This document shows positions 13,001 to 24,313 of a stretch of DNA of 64,000 bases, piece after piece; positions within the stretch are counted from its first letter, which is position 1, and each line of letters opens with the position of its first letter. A model generated the notes under the pieces. That model saw only the letters and a list, made by a program, of their open reading frames with translations. It did not search any database and was not told the origin of the DNA. This DNA is from Zancudomyces culisetae HAW-14-8 (Eukaryota > Fungi > Kickxellomycota), in assembly GCA_052426225.1 (NCBI GenBank), contig JBNJNM010000012.1, forward strand, positions 1,116,001 through 1,180,000, written 5' to 3'. A program made the translations under genes and the position numbers.

Positions 13001-16000
13001 AACCTCACCAACTGGTCCTACATCACCAACTGGCCCAACATCTTCAACTGGTCCTACTTCACCAACCGGTCCAACCTCTCCAACCGGCCCAACAAGCCCA
13101 ACTGGTCCAACATCATCAACTAGCTCTGAGAGTGTTAACTGTTCTGACTCTATCAGCATTATTCCAATTTCCCAAGGATCTGGTGATAGCCCAGTCATCA
13201 GTTACAGCTGGGACAGTGCTATTGACGTTACTTGTCCAGCACAGGATTTCCTCGTTACATTTGACATTGATCAAACTTCAGATATATACTTTGCGATTAG
13301 TACTCAAAAGACACTGTTTACTGACAGCGAGGTCATTGAAGGTGTAATCGGTGTAAACACTGGTTCATGGTATATTGGATCTTCAGTTTACTCCAAGGAC
13401 CAAAATGTCATGTCAGGAGCAGCAAATGCTGAAAAAGTATATATCCGAGTTAACAGTTCAGGAATTAGCATTGGATTGGTAGGAGCCAGTACACCTATTT
13501 TGACTCTTTCAACAAGCGACTACGATGTTAGCTCATTCGAAAACTCACCAAGTGCATGGCTTGCATTTGGAGCCGAAAAGGACTCAACATCAATTGAAAA
13601 TGTAGAGTACAACTGTAATGACGCCAGCTGTGTAAATCCAACATCAAGCTCAACTGGCCCAACATCACCAACTGGTCCAACCTCACCAACTGGTCCAACA
13701 TCGCCAACTGGTCCAACATCGCCAACCGGTCCAACAAGCCCAACTGGCCCAACCTCACCAACCGGTCCAACAAGCCCAACTGGTCCAACATCACCAACTG
13801 GTCCTACATCACCAACTGGCCCAACAAGCCCAACTGGCCCAACATCTCCAACCGGTCCAACTTCAACTGGCCCAACATCTCCAACTGGTCCTACTTCACC
13901 AACTGGTCCTACTTCACCAACTGGTCCTACTTCACCAACTGGTCCTACTTCACCAACTGGTCCAACAAGCCCAACTGGTCCAACATCACCAACTGGTCCA
14001 ACATCACCAACTGGTCCAACATCACCAACTGGTCCAACATCACCAACTGGTCCAACATCACCAACTGGTCCTACATCACCAACTGGCCCAACAAGCCCAA
14101 CTGGCCCAACATCTCCAACTGGCCCAACATCACCAACTGGCCCAACATCACCAACTGGTCCAACATCACCAACCGGTCCTACTTCACCAACTGGTCCAAC
14201 CTCACCAACTGGCCCAACAAGCCCAACTGGCCCAACTGGTCCTACATCACCAACTGGTCCTACATCACCAACTGGTCCTACATCACCAACTGGTCCTACA
14301 TCACCAACTGGTCCTACATCACCAACTGGTCCTACTTCAACTGGCCCAACTGGTCCAACATCTCCAACTGGTCCAACTTCACCAACCGGCCCAACAAGCC
14401 CAACTGGTCCAACATCTCCAACTGGTCCTACTTCACCAACCGGTCCAACCTCTCCAACTGGTCCAACTTCACCAACCGGCCCAACAAGCCCAACTGGTCC
14501 AACATCATCAACTAGCTCTGAGAGTGTTAACTGTTCTGACTCTATCAGCATTATTCCAATTTCCCAAGGATCTGGTGATAGCCCAGTCATCAGTTACAGC
14601 TGGGACAGTGCTATTGACGTTACTTGTCCAGCACAGGATTTCCTCGTTACATTTGACATTGATCAAACTTCAGATATATACTTTGCGATTAGTACTCAAA
14701 AGACGTTGTCCACAGGTGCTGAGGTTATTGAAGGTGTAATCGGTGTAAACACAGGAACATGGTATATTGGATCTTCAGTTTACTCTATGGAGGAAGATGT
14801 CATGTCAGGAGCAGCAAATGCTGAAAAAGTATATATCCGAGTTAACAGTTCAGGAATTAGCATTGGATTGGTAGGAGCCAGTACACCTGTTTTGACTCTT
14901 TCAACACGTGATTATGATGTAACTCAATTCATTAAATCACCAAGTGCATGGCTTGCATTTGGAGCCGAAAAGGACTCAACATCAATTGAAAATGTAGAGT
15001 ACAACTGTAATGACGCCAGCTGTGTAAATCCAACATCAAGCTCAACTGGTCCAACAAGCCCAACTGGTCCAACCTCACCAACCGGTCCAACATCACCAAC
15101 CGGTCCAACCTCACCAACTGGTCCTACATCACCAACTGGCCCAACAAGCCCAACTGGCCCAACATCACCAACTGGTCCAACTTCACCAACCGGTCCAACC
15201 TCACCAACTGGCCCAACAAGCCCAACTGGTCCTACATCACCAACTGGCCCAACAAGCCCAACTGGTCCAACAAGCCCAACTGGCCCAACATCACCAACTG
15301 GTCCAACCTCACCAACCGGTCCAACATCACCAACTGGTCCAACATCACCAACTGGTCCTACTTCACCAACTGGTCCAACCTCACCAACCGGTCCAACATC
15401 ACCAACTGGTCCTACTTCACCAACTGGTCCAACAAGCCCAACTGGTCCAACCTCACCAACTGGTCCAACCTCACCAACTGGTCCTACATCACCAACTGGC
15501 CCAACAAGCCCAACCGGTCCTACATCACCAACTGGTCCTACATCACCAACCGGCCCAACAAGCCCAACCGGTCCAACCTCACCAACTGGCCCAACAAGCC
15601 CAACTGGCCCAACATCACCAACTGGTCCAACTTCACCAACTGGTCCTACATCACCAACCGGTCCAACATCACCAACTGGTCCTACTTCACCAACTGGTCC
15701 TACATCACCAACCGGTCCTACATCACCAACCGGTCCAACCTCACCAACTGGTCCTACATCACCAACTGGTCCAACCTCACCAACCGGTCCAACCTCACCA
15801 ACTGGTCCAACCTCACCAACTGGTCCAACCTCACCAACTGGTCCTACTTCACCAACTGGTCCAACAAGCCCAACCGGCCCAACAAGCCCAACTGGTCCTA
15901 CTTCACCAACTGGTCCAACCTCACCAACAAGCCCAACTGGCCCAACATCACCAACTGGTCCTACATCACCAACCGGCCCAACAAGCCCAACCGGTCCAAC

Positions 16001-17201
16001 CTCACCAACTGGCCCAACAAGCCCAACTGGCCCAACATCACCAACTGGTCCAACTTCACCAACTGGTCCTACATCACCAACAAGCCCAACTGGCCCAACA
16101 TCACCAACTGGTCCTACATCACCAACCGGCCCAACAAGCCCAACCGGTCCAACCTCACCAACTGGCCCAACAAGCCCAACTGGCCCAACATCACCAACTG
16201 GTCCAACTTCACCAACTGGTCCTACATCACCAACAAGCCCAACTGGCCCAACATCTCCAACTGGTCCAACCTCACCAACTGGTCCTACATCACCAACTGG
16301 CCCAACAAGCCCAACCGGTCCTACATCACCAACTGGTCCTACATCACCAACCGGCCCAACAAGCCCAACCGGTCCAACCTCACCAACTGGCCCAACAAGC
16401 CCAACTGGCCCAACATCACCAACTGGTCCAACTTCACCAACTGGTCCTACATCACCAACAAGCCCAACTGGCCCAACATCTCCAACTGGTCCAACCTCAC
16501 CAACTGGCCCAACATCTCCAACCGGTCCAACCTCACCAACTGGTCCAACAAGCCCAACTGGTCCAACTTCACCAACTGGTCCAACATCTCCAACCTCACC
16601 AACCGGCCCAACTTCAACAACTGGCTCAACTTCAACAACTGGTCCAACAAGCCCAACCAGCTCCACTTCATCAAGCTCAAGCTCAACAACATGTGATTCG
16701 ACCTCTGTTGGTCCTAACCTTGTCATCTCCTCCAATAAAAAGAACAAAGACTACGACTTCGCGCACGCTCTTGCAATCCCATGTGATACAAGTGACTTTG
16801 AGTTCACCGCCGGAATCTCTGCTAGCGCTGACTTCTTTATTGCTCTTATGGACAGTGAAGGTTACTATAGTTCAAATGGTGTAGTAGAAGCTCAATTTGG
16901 TTTGTCATCTGGTATCAGCTCCATCAAGAAGGGCAAATACGCTTTGGTTAAACGAAGCAACATTCATACAAGAGCTGACTTGCAAAACATTAAGATTGTT
17001 TACAAGGATTCTCAACTCCAACTCTTTATCAATGATTCACTCAAGACTACATACAAGATTTCCAACTTTAGCATGACATCTTTAGCTATGGCACCATTTA
17101 AGGGTATTGCTGGAGTCTTCAACCCTACTTTCTCATGTGAAAGTATTTCTAACTGTGACGTCGATGAAGAATCCATCACGATCATTCCAGTATCAGCCTA
17201 G
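10023..17201 (+). CDS. Secreted S1 (chymotrypsin-fold) serine protease with three Pro/Thr/Ser/Gly repeat stalks and repeated beta-rich domains, 2392 aa
   Basis: Signal peptide, R|IIGG activation site (nt 10161), and triad motifs TAAHC, DDVALL and GDSGGP. These are followed by (TGPTSP)n blocks, two near-identical ~175-aa domains and a diverged C-terminal domain. One uninterrupted ORF. Confidence 0.92.
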   Translation: MRKNTLVAGLSLLASSIAPVFAQEIGVNLMRRASGGNQNSRSVQDRIIGGSSASFDNYQYIAYFAISGNSTYRCTAELITPNVLVTAAHCIHETYTVERTEWSKIEIGLGSIQPIPANTNIYRVKDVILHPKYVHQAPYRDDVALLVLDQCVSVEIAVPVEVDTTPLDTSKVYTVAGFGYTENDNSAQSALKELSVIQGRQDYCDKFLASDSAEGKVFCVGVTSGSTVCLGDSGGPLTGADHRTLKGVSSSLVTVGANACNSQNTVAVYMLMSYYWDEFISKHVNCSGPFCEVEECGSNVSTTSSTPPTGPTSPTGPTSPTGPTSPTGPTSPTGPTSPTGPTSPTGPTSPTGPTSPTGPTSPTGPTSPTGPTSPTGPTSPTGPTSPTGPTSPTGPTSPTGPTSPTGPTSPTGPTSPTGPTSPTGPTSPTGPTSPTGPTSPTGPTSPTGPTSPTGPTSPTGPTSPTGPTSPTGPTSPTGPTSPTGPTSPTGPTSPTSPTGPTSPTGPTSPTGPTSPTGPTSTGPTSPTGPTSPTGPTSPTGPTSPTGPTSPTSPTGPTSPTGPTSPTGPTSPTGPTSPTGPTSPTGPTSPTGPTSPTGPTSPTGPTSPTGPTSPTGPTSPTGPTSPTSPTGPTSPTGPTSPTGPTSPTGPTSPTGPTSPTGPTSPTGPTSPTGPTSPTGPTSTGPTSPTGPTSPTGPTSTGPTSPTGPTSPTGPTSPTGPTSPTGPTSPTGPTSPTGPTSPTGPTSTGPTSPTGPTSPTSPTGPTSPTGPTSPTGPTSPTGPTSPTGPTSPTGPTSPTGPTSPTSPTGPTSPTGPTSPTGPTSPTGPTSPTGPTSPTGPTSPTGPTSTGPTSPTGPTSPTGPTSPTGPTSPTGPTSPTGPTSPTGPTSPTGPTSPTGPTSPTSPTGPTSPTGPTSPTGPTSPTGPTSPTGPTSPTGPTSPTGPTSPTGPTSPTGPTSPTSPTGPTSPTGPTSPTGPTSPTGPTSPTGPTSPTGPTSPTGPTSPTGPTSSTGPTSPTGPTSPTGPTSPTGPTSSTSSESVNCSDSISIIPISQGSGDSPVISYSWDSAIDVTCPAQDFLVTFDIDQTSDIYFAISTQKTLFTDSEVIEGVIGVNTGSWYIGSSVYSKDQNVMSGAANAEKVYIRVNSSGISIGLVGASTPILTLSTSDYDVSSFENSPSAWLAFGAEKDSTSIENVEYNCNDASCVNPTSSSTGPTSPTGPTSPTGPTSPTGPTSPTGPTSPTGPTSPTGPTSPTGPTSPTGPTSPTGPTSPTGPTSPTGPTSTGPTSPTGPTSPTGPTSPTGPTSPTGPTSPTGPTSPTGPTSPTGPTSPTGPTSPTGPTSPTGPTSPTGPTSPTGPTSPTGPTSPTGPTSPTGPTSPTGPTSPTGPTSPTGPTSPTGPTSPTGPTGPTSPTGPTSPTGPTSPTGPTSPTGPTSPTGPTSTGPTGPTSPTGPTSPTGPTSPTGPTSPTGPTSPTGPTSPTGPTSPTGPTSPTGPTSSTSSESVNCSDSISIIPISQGSGDSPVISYSWDSAIDVTCPAQDFLVTFDIDQTSDIYFAISTQKTLSTGAEVIEGVIGVNTGTWYIGSSVYSMEEDVMSGAANAEKVYIRVNSSGISIGLVGASTPVLTLSTRDYDVTQFIKSPSAWLAFGAEKDSTSIENVEYNCNDASCVNPTSSSTGPTSPTGPTSPTGPTSPTGPTSPTGPTSPTGPTSPTGPTSPTGPTSPTGPTSPTGPTSPTGPTSPTGPTSPTGPTSPTGPTSPTGPTSPTGPTSPTGPTSPTGPTSPTGPTSPTGPTSPTGPTSPTGPTSPTGPTSPTGPTSPTGPTSPTGPTSPTGPTSPTGPTSPTGPTSPTGPTSPTGPTSPTGPTSPTGPTSPTGPTSPTGPTSPTGPTSPTGPTSPTGPTSPTGPTSPTGPTSPTGPTSPTGPTSPTGPTSPTGPTSPTGPTSPTGPTSPTGPTSPTGPTSPTGPTSPTSPTGPTSPTGPTSPTGPTSPTGPTSPTGPTSPTGPTSPTGPTSPTGPTSPTSPTGPTSPTGPTSPTGPTSPTGPTSPTGPTSPTGPTSPTGPTSPTGPTSPTSPTGPTSPTGPTSPTGPTSPTGPTSPTGPTSPTGPTSPTGPTSPTGPTSPTGPTSPTGPTSPTGPTSPTGPTSPTSPTGPTSPTGPTSPTGPTSPTGPTSPTGPTSPTGPTSPTGPTSPTSPTGPTSTTGSTSTTGPTSPTSSTSSSSSSTTCDSTSVGPNLVISSNKKNKDYDFAHALAIPCDTSDFEFTAGISASADFFIALMDSEGYYSSNGVVEAQFGLSSGISSIKKGKYALVKRSNIHTRADLQNIKIVYKDSQLQLFINDSLKTTYKISNFSMTSLAMAPFKGIAGVFNPTFSCESISNCDVDEESITIIPVSA
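10941..13120 (+). repeat. Coding tandem repeat block 1, 18-bp unit (ccaactggtccaacatca; PTGPTS)
   Basis: Directly visible; nearly perfect over ~10960-11420, with synonymous variants and occasional 3-bp or 9-bp register shifts after that. Confidence 0.98.
13121..13650 (+). repeat. Internal domain copy A (~175 aa)
   Basis: Near-identical to 14513-15042, offset 1392 nt. Confidence 0.95.
13651..14512 (+). repeat. Coding tandem repeat block 2 (PTGPTS)n
   Basis: Directly visible 18-bp repeat. Confidence 0.97.
14513..15042 (+). repeat. Internal domain copy B (~175 aa)
   Basis: Near-identical to 13121-13650. Confidence 0.95.
15043..16660 (+). repeat. Coding tandem repeat block 3 (PTGPTS)n
   Basis: Directly visible 18-bp repeat, with higher-order duplications near 15930-16460. 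Confidence 0.97.
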
Positions 17202-17558
17202 TTTTATTTCTTCTTTTGCTTTAGTCAAAAAATTTCGGATATTTCCGTGTTTTTGCATTTCTTTCGTTTCATTTGCAAACATTAAATTTTGATTTAACTT
17301 ATTTTTTAATTAAAGGCCCTATCGCACAAAGTATGTTTTCTAGTCAAAACTCTGCAATATCGTTTCACTTTTTCTTTATCAAAATACATGTAAACCAGGT
17401 GTATAACCGATGTTCTCAAATTGCTGGTTGTTAATCAAAACTCAAATCTTCTAAAGTAATGCCAAAATTTATTTGATTTTATTAAACATAAAACTACAAT
17501 GAAGATATTCATAAAACAAATTAAAAGTCTAGAAAAGGTGTTATACTAGTGATGTGTG

Positions 17559-18126
17559 CTATTGCCAAGAGCTCTCCACTGTCTCGCGCACGCGGCGAAC
17601 GTACTCCCTACGGTTTTCTCGATATAGCGTTGCAGCCTCAGCATTTGCCGGACTATTTGGATTTGGATCATGAAGTAGACTTTGAATAGATGTTAATATT
17701 GCGGCAACATCGTATGTGGGAGACCAGCGATTCTGTAAAATATCTAAACATAATTCGCCATTTGCATATACATTAGGATGAAACATCTTTGAAATAAATC
17801 GGACTGTTGGCGGTTTGTTAGGGTATGTCTCATCGAAGGTCATTAACAATTTAAATGTACCATCCTCAAATGGTGTATCAACTATCAAGAAAAATTGAGT
17901 ATTGAGTACTTAGTTTCTTTTTATTAGCTTCAAATAATGGATACAAAGGGTCAATGTGTGTTATATATTCATATTTTTATCTCAAAAATAGCTTACCTGG
18001 ACCAAAAATCACTGCATTCCAAACCATTATGTTATCCGATTGCGGTGCTCCTGATATTCCTCCAGGTGGATCATTCTGCAGGCGTTTAAAATCACGCATT
18101 AATCTTCTTCGCGTTGGTGTTGACAT
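17559..18126 (-). CDS. RAD6: Ubiquitin-conjugating enzyme E2 Rad6/Ubc2
   Basis: Exon 18126-17997 ([41 protein letters not shown]) joins exon 17881-17559 ([11 protein letters not shown]...[26 protein letters not shown]). Confidence 0.97.
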
Positions 18127-19707
18127 TATATTATTAACGAAATGTTTGATAATTTCTTAAACCACGTGTTGGCGCTTTCTGGAAATTTTGCTATATCCGA
18201 TTGTAAATTAAATAATGAAGCCTACAAATGCAAACATACAATTTGAGAGGAAATCAGGGGATTGGTATCTTATTAATAAACCTTAATAAAGTCGGTATTA
18301 CAGTTTACTGTTCTGCTTTTTTACTTTTTTGCTGTTTTGTTGTTTTGCTTTTTCTATGGATTTGTTTCTTTGGTGTTTATTTAAAAAAAATTTTCATTTT
18401 ACAAGGGCAGAAAAGGTTGGGATAAAAGAAAAAAAAGAAATAAGGCTGGCGAAAAAACCTCCTTGTGCGCTCTGCTTTGCTTTTTTGCTTTTTGCTTTTT
18501 ACTTTTTGCTTGCCATATTTCAATTTTAATAAACCCTCCCCCCCACCAAATTATTGGTTACAATAAACTCATTACCCTATTTCAAATAAATTTGTAAACA
18601 ATAGAAATGAGAGAATTTTAAAAAGAACGAATACAATTATGTAACGATTTTGCAAACATAAAGAACTTGTACTAGATGAACTGGCACAGGTTCTAGTAGA
18701 TTGGGTATGTTCTTAGTGACGCCATTTTCTCTTTGTTTCGATTTTTTTTTCTCAACTTTCATGGAACACAATATAATGCACTTCACAATCTTTTTCTGGA
18801 ATTTGTCAATTTATACCACACTATTCGCCTGTTATTTCTTTTTCTTGTATAACGCTGACACATCAAATAGAAAAAAATGGGGAAAATATTTTTGGAACTA
18901 GGCGATCATGGGTATAGTTCAGCATAATACTAGTGAAGAACCCATCCATCCATGATCTTTACAAAAAGGAGTATTTTTAGACTCCAACATACAGCTCAAA
19001 CATGCAGAAGTGTATCGAATATACATTATGTATGAACCTATCAATGCTCGTAGTGATGGACAATATCTATTGCCTTTTGTTTTTGTACTTGTTCTTTTAT
19101 CCTGATTTACGCGCTTTTGGAGTGCGGTAGACGCTGCTCATTCATCCAGTATATCAAACACAAAAGGTTCAATAAATCTCCCCCATCCAATGCCCTTTCA
19201 TAGTTCACTATTTGGTTTTCACTTTAAACAACAGTACATTGTGAGGAAAATGCCACAAAACGCTTGTGTGATCCGGTCAGATTCATGTATTTTGAATATT
19301 GGACTTTGTAGTGAACATGGCGCCCGATGCTAAGAAAGACGAATGCCACGCATAATCAAGGCAAAATAACCAAAGTTTCGTTATTAGTATTTTTGATAGC
19401 AATCTTAGCAAATGATATTAACCATGGGCTAATCCAGTACAGATACAAGTGTTATCATTATCTCCAGAATACCTAGGGTACACCGCGAGCAAATTTTCAG
19501 ACAGGTACTCAATTTTAGAAATGTTACAACGAAGCTATAGCAACTCTAAATACACAAGAAAGTACAACTTTCCTGGCAAGATCATGAGTTTAAATTCGGT
19601 CCCCGGTCCCCTTGAAATTGAATTTATTTAAAGATCTAATTTGTACTAGCTTACATGGGAATGAATAAAAAAATCCAACACTGGTTTATAAATCTACAAT
19701 AAAGTTT

Positions 19708-20380
19708 TCATTCGCTTTTCTTGTGATTAAGATCCAAGAATTCCTCTGGTGTCGGCATAGGACTGCTGATTTTGGGCGTTCTGTGAGAAACGTAGGGTTT
19801 AAGCTATAAAAACAAAATAAAATGTGATAAATAAAGACAATGAATTGGATATGTGGCAATTTAAACGACAGTTCCGCAAAAAAAAAAACATTACATGCGC
19901 AAAGTACTTTAAAATTAATCAAAAATGCAAATAAGCAATATTATAGTGGCTTGCCTTAAATCCTGTCATGTCTGGCATCACATATGTCCTAACCTTAGAC
20001 CAGTCAATAACATAGCTTCCTAAAAGTATGTTATGGTTGTTTAGTATAAAGATGAGTAGGTTGAAATGCAATCACAGTATAAATCGGTTACTTACCATGC
20101 TTGGTATGTCTACCCATAGAACCAGATCGGTTACCTAAATGAAAATGTAAATAATCAAGGCGTGGTTAAGTTGCAGTGTCAAAAAAATATACGATGGATA
20201 CATCAATTGTCAACATGGCATACGCTCAAATATAATAATTGAGAACAACTTGTAAAGTGTTTTTTTTGTTAAAAAACTAAAAATCGAGCTATTACCTTTG
20301 TAAAAGTTCCGGCCTTGCTTAGAGGTTAAAACGCCACGCTTTGCTCCGCGGCACACGCCTGTGACTATATCTTTGATCAT
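19708..20380 (-). CDS. MRPL27: Mitochondrial ribosomal protein mL41 (yeast MrpL27), 4 exons
   Basis: Exons 20380-20296, 20134-20096, 20019-19955 and 19803-19708 give ...[63 protein letters not shown]. Intron 3 has a GC donor. Confidence 0.92.
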
Positions 20381-22162
20381 TTCTTCTAAATTGAGCCTTT
20401 TACCGTTTGTCCGCAACTTTTTCTGGTTTTTCAACAATTTGATGATTTTTATTGTTTGATAAGTACACCTGTTAAAAAAAATTTTACCAAGTGAAAAATC
20501 GAACAAGTTAAAAGAAATTGTGGCAGGTCATATTACAGGCCAAAAGAAGATGAAGGATCCAAATGACCACAATTCTTATCAGCAGCATTTTTTTTTCTTT
20601 GCAAAAAAAAAAAAGGTTTACTGCAAAACGAAAAAAGGTAAACGAAAACACAGTTTTAATGGTAAAAACGATAGAGGCGATAGAGTCATAGTCATTGATC
20701 CCGCTTTGGTGTGCGACTTCCCATCAACCTCGAGTATATAGCGATAAAGCTATACAACCACACATCCAATTAATGGAGATGCTTATTGTAAAATCCACTA
20801 CCAATACAGTGGTTTGTGTGATTGGGATTTTTGCATGCGTCTAAAAGTTGAGTTTTTGACAATTATATGGCCATGAGTTTAGAGTAGCTGCGTATCCCAA
20901 GATAACTAAATTTGTTTTTCAGTGTGATTTTTAATGTTGCAGAGCCGTTATGGAAAAAAAAAAACAACACTTTTACCAACTCAGATAGCTACTCTACTCC
21001 ATATAATCAACTCGCCTGCTAATAAGCTGCGAACTTCCATCTAAAGACTATATATTATAGCAGTAATGTGGTTATTGGCATGTTATCCATCCCATCTTAT
21101 CGTGTTTTTTAGTTATTTGTTTGAAAGTGGTTTATATTGCGTGGCATGTGCGCCGAATCTTGATTGTTTAAAAAATGCGTGTCAAGGTGTCATGTGGGTA
21201 TTGCATTTTGGAAATGCCAGTTGCAACTTCTGAATATACAATTATAATTGCGCTTTTTTGTAAAAAATAAAAAAATAATATAAAGTAAAAAAGCAAAGTG
21301 GAGTAATGAATAAACATTGGATTTACCAACCATTTTCGGTTCAAACAATACACCCAGTTGTCCTTTATTTTTTGAAAACAAGAGTGAAGAACCACTCTAG
21401 TATTTGTAGTCAAAAATACTCAAGAAGTACTATACATAACCAATTACCCGTCTTTGTATAAACGCAATTAATTAGAAAAACCCGCAAAAAGTAGGTGAGC
21501 ATAGTACATGTGTTATTACACATTGTTGGATAAACCATGGTTTGGATAACCAAGCGATATTTTGTAAACTATAATAATTATATCCCATTGGGCTGAGTAT
21601 ATTAAACTCAAATCTTTTATTAAATCCTAACGGTTATATGTGGAGAAAAGTATAAACGCCCCAACCCATTTTGCCTTTATAATTTCGATTGTTTTTTGTT
21701 TTTTTTTTTGGAGTATCCCGCCTAATTTTTCTAAAAATAAAATTCTTCCAATATCAAATGTCAAAAAGTACGATGAATACGGTTTCTATATTATATTGCA
21801 CCCTTTCTGCTCAATGAAAATACTCGAAAGGCACGGCAACACTTGTTTAATTATTGATACATGGGTTTTCTATTTTTAAAGTGGTGGGCATACAAATTAT
21901 AGGTAAATTAAATCCATGAATTAGTGGTGCTTCCCTCCCCATAATTAGTGATAAAGTACAGCTATGGTTGATGCACTTGAACTTTGTTGTTGTCCATACA
22001 AGCTGTGTATCTGCCTTTGCTAAAAAAATATAAATACGAAGCGGAGTTCGCAAGATAAAACATCATTAACAGAATCTTGTAGTCTTTAACACCTTTATAA
22101 ACGATTAACTTACCCTTGACACCAACAAAACAAAAGATACAGAAATACCCACAAACGCAAAA

Positions 22163-22591
22163 ATGAAATTCGTAGTTTTATCCGCTTTTGTAGCTTCAAC
22201 CTATGCTCTTACCTCATCACAGCAAGCGTGCTTTCTGGGTACATGCGCTGGAAACCCTACAAACTATTCTTGTATAGAAAACTGCTTGGGAATTTCTGCA
22301 GTCAGTCAGGAAACAAAGAATGCTGCAGAGGCATGCTACAAGGGATGTGTCTCTAGTAACGATGTAGCCTCTGGGAGCTACGGAACATGTGTTGTTAACT
22401 GTATTGACAAGTATATTGCTGGTGGCCAATCACAAACAACAGTTAGATCAGCAGAGAGTATTGTTCCAACCTCATCAACGAGTACTTCAAGCACATCAAC
22501 TTCAAGTGCAAATAAAAATACAGGAAAAATAGCATTGGTCGGATTGACTGTGGTTTCTCTGGTTTCGTTTGGTACACTTGGACTCTTTTAA
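22163..22591 (+). CDS. Small secreted Cys-rich, probably GPI-anchored surface protein
   Basis: Signal peptide MKFVVLSAFVASTYA, four CxxxC pairs, a Ser/Thr stalk, an SSA omega-like site and a hydrophobic C-terminus. Confidence 0.8.
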   Translation: MKFVVLSAFVASTYALTSSQQACFLGTCAGNPTNYSCIENCLGISAVSQETKNAAEACYKGCVSSNDVASGSYGTCVVNCIDKYIAGGQSQTTVRSAESIVPTSSTSTSSTSTSSANKNTGKIALVGLTVVSLVSFGTLGLF

Positions 22592-24313
22592 GAGAATAGG
22601 CTGTCTTTTGTCTGTATATATTCCATAATTTCTAATTAGTTTCAAAATGTTATTGACATTGGCTCTTAATAAACTTTATGCTGTTAAGTCTATTTTCATA
22701 AAAGTTGTGATGTGCTGATAGAATAGTAAAATAATGGCATGGTAATCTAGGCATCCAGATAGCTCATGTATACTAGCAATATCGCAAAAAGTGAGCTCAC
22801 ACCAATGTTACTATTTTTTACTTTATTTTCCGCATTTTTTGAAAAAATATGGCATTAGTGGGACATAATGTGGACTTAATGGTTATTAGGGGAAGTATAG
22901 TCTTTCCAACTTTTGTGGTAGTGGATTCTAGTTTAGCATGCTTTATATATGCAAAAAAAAAAACGGCATTATAAGTATAATCACATGTTTATTTTTTTAC
23001 AAGGGGGGGAGGGGTTATATGTGGTCGTCTCTAGTCTGCAAAATGAAGGTGAGAGTTGTTACTTTTTGAGCTTAAAATGAGCTTGTTATTACAACCAAAA
23101 ATTCTTATAACAGTGATAAGGACTTTTGTTATATGGTACAAGTAGGCATCTATTTAATAGACTGGCAAAATAAAATAAAAAGCATAAACAAATAAAATCA
23201 AACATTGGCACAAACCTGATATACTGATTTCATTTACCTTAGCTGCAAAAAGCCAATGGGTGAAGGAAAAAAAATATCTGGTACATTCAGTGAAAGAGCA
23301 GTTTTAATTTAAAAAGTCAAGGGACTGGGTAAATTTCCTGAAAAAAAATACATATATATCGACATTTTAAGCTTAAAGCCTTCAAGAGAAGGTATATTTT
23401 GCGTATTGTTTGTTTATGGATTCGGCAAAGAGGTGCCAACTAAATCTAAATCTGCATTTATATTTACGATTATCATCCATGTTCTTGTACATGCTTGTAT
23501 TTATGCATTTCAAAAGATATCGCAAAGAAAATAAAAGCGCTAAAAAGCGGACTAGAACAAATATTGCAAGAGCCAATGGTATGCAGGAATTAGTGTGTCA
23601 TTAATCGATGAAAATCTAATTATCTGAGATTATTAATATTAGCTTTATATCCAATTATCATTAGGTTTTACTTGTTTGATTGCGGTAAAATTGAATATTA
23701 ATAATATGCAGATAACGGATGAGATAATAAAACGCCCATTTGCTACAAGGCTTTGGTTTGGAAAGTGCAAACAATACACCTACAAAATCAGTTTAAGTGG
23801 AAATCAAAAGAAAATCTAAACTTCAAAACAAAACAAAAGCATTTATTTGATTTCTATTTTTTGGGGAGGAGAAGGAGGAGGAGAAAAACATGTATTAGAT
23901 ATTTGTTCATGGGTTGACTTTTTTAATGGAAGCAGATAGTGGCAATTCAACAGAAATGTCTATGCCCAGTATAAAATGTATCAGAGTGGAAGGGTCCAGG
24001 CAGATAGGTATTGCAAAACCGCTATTGATTTAATTATGTAAAAAAAACTTCAAAAAAATTTGCATACGCAAAAAAAAAAACGCTGCAAAATGAGTAATTA
24101 ACGGGCATCAAAAATAAAACAATAGCTGATCCTAACCACAAAAAATAATATTTTGTCTAAGGCCAAGTCTGAAAAAAAAAATAAGCCAGAGAATATAAAT
24201 ACTTGCTGACAGTACGCCTACTTATCTAATTATTATAATCAAGTGAAGATAAAAAAAAGTTTTTTGGTTCAAAAAAAAAACTAAAACACAGTAAAAGATA
24301 TATCGAGGTAACG

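Noticed and set aside
10941-16660. Repeat as CRISPR array or collagen
   Set aside because: There are no unique spacers, and Gly occurs every sixth residue, not every third.
10844-16747. Long antisense and alternate-frame ORFs (VGPVGD)n, (QLVQHH)n and (LVMLDQ)n
   Set aside because: These are shadows of the 18-bp repeat; variation is synonymous only in the PTGPTS frame.
18908-19333. 142-codon + strand frame interrupted only by two TGA codons (possible selenoprotein or readthrough)
   Set aside because: No redox motif around either TGA, no recognisable family, and no convincing SECIS downstream.
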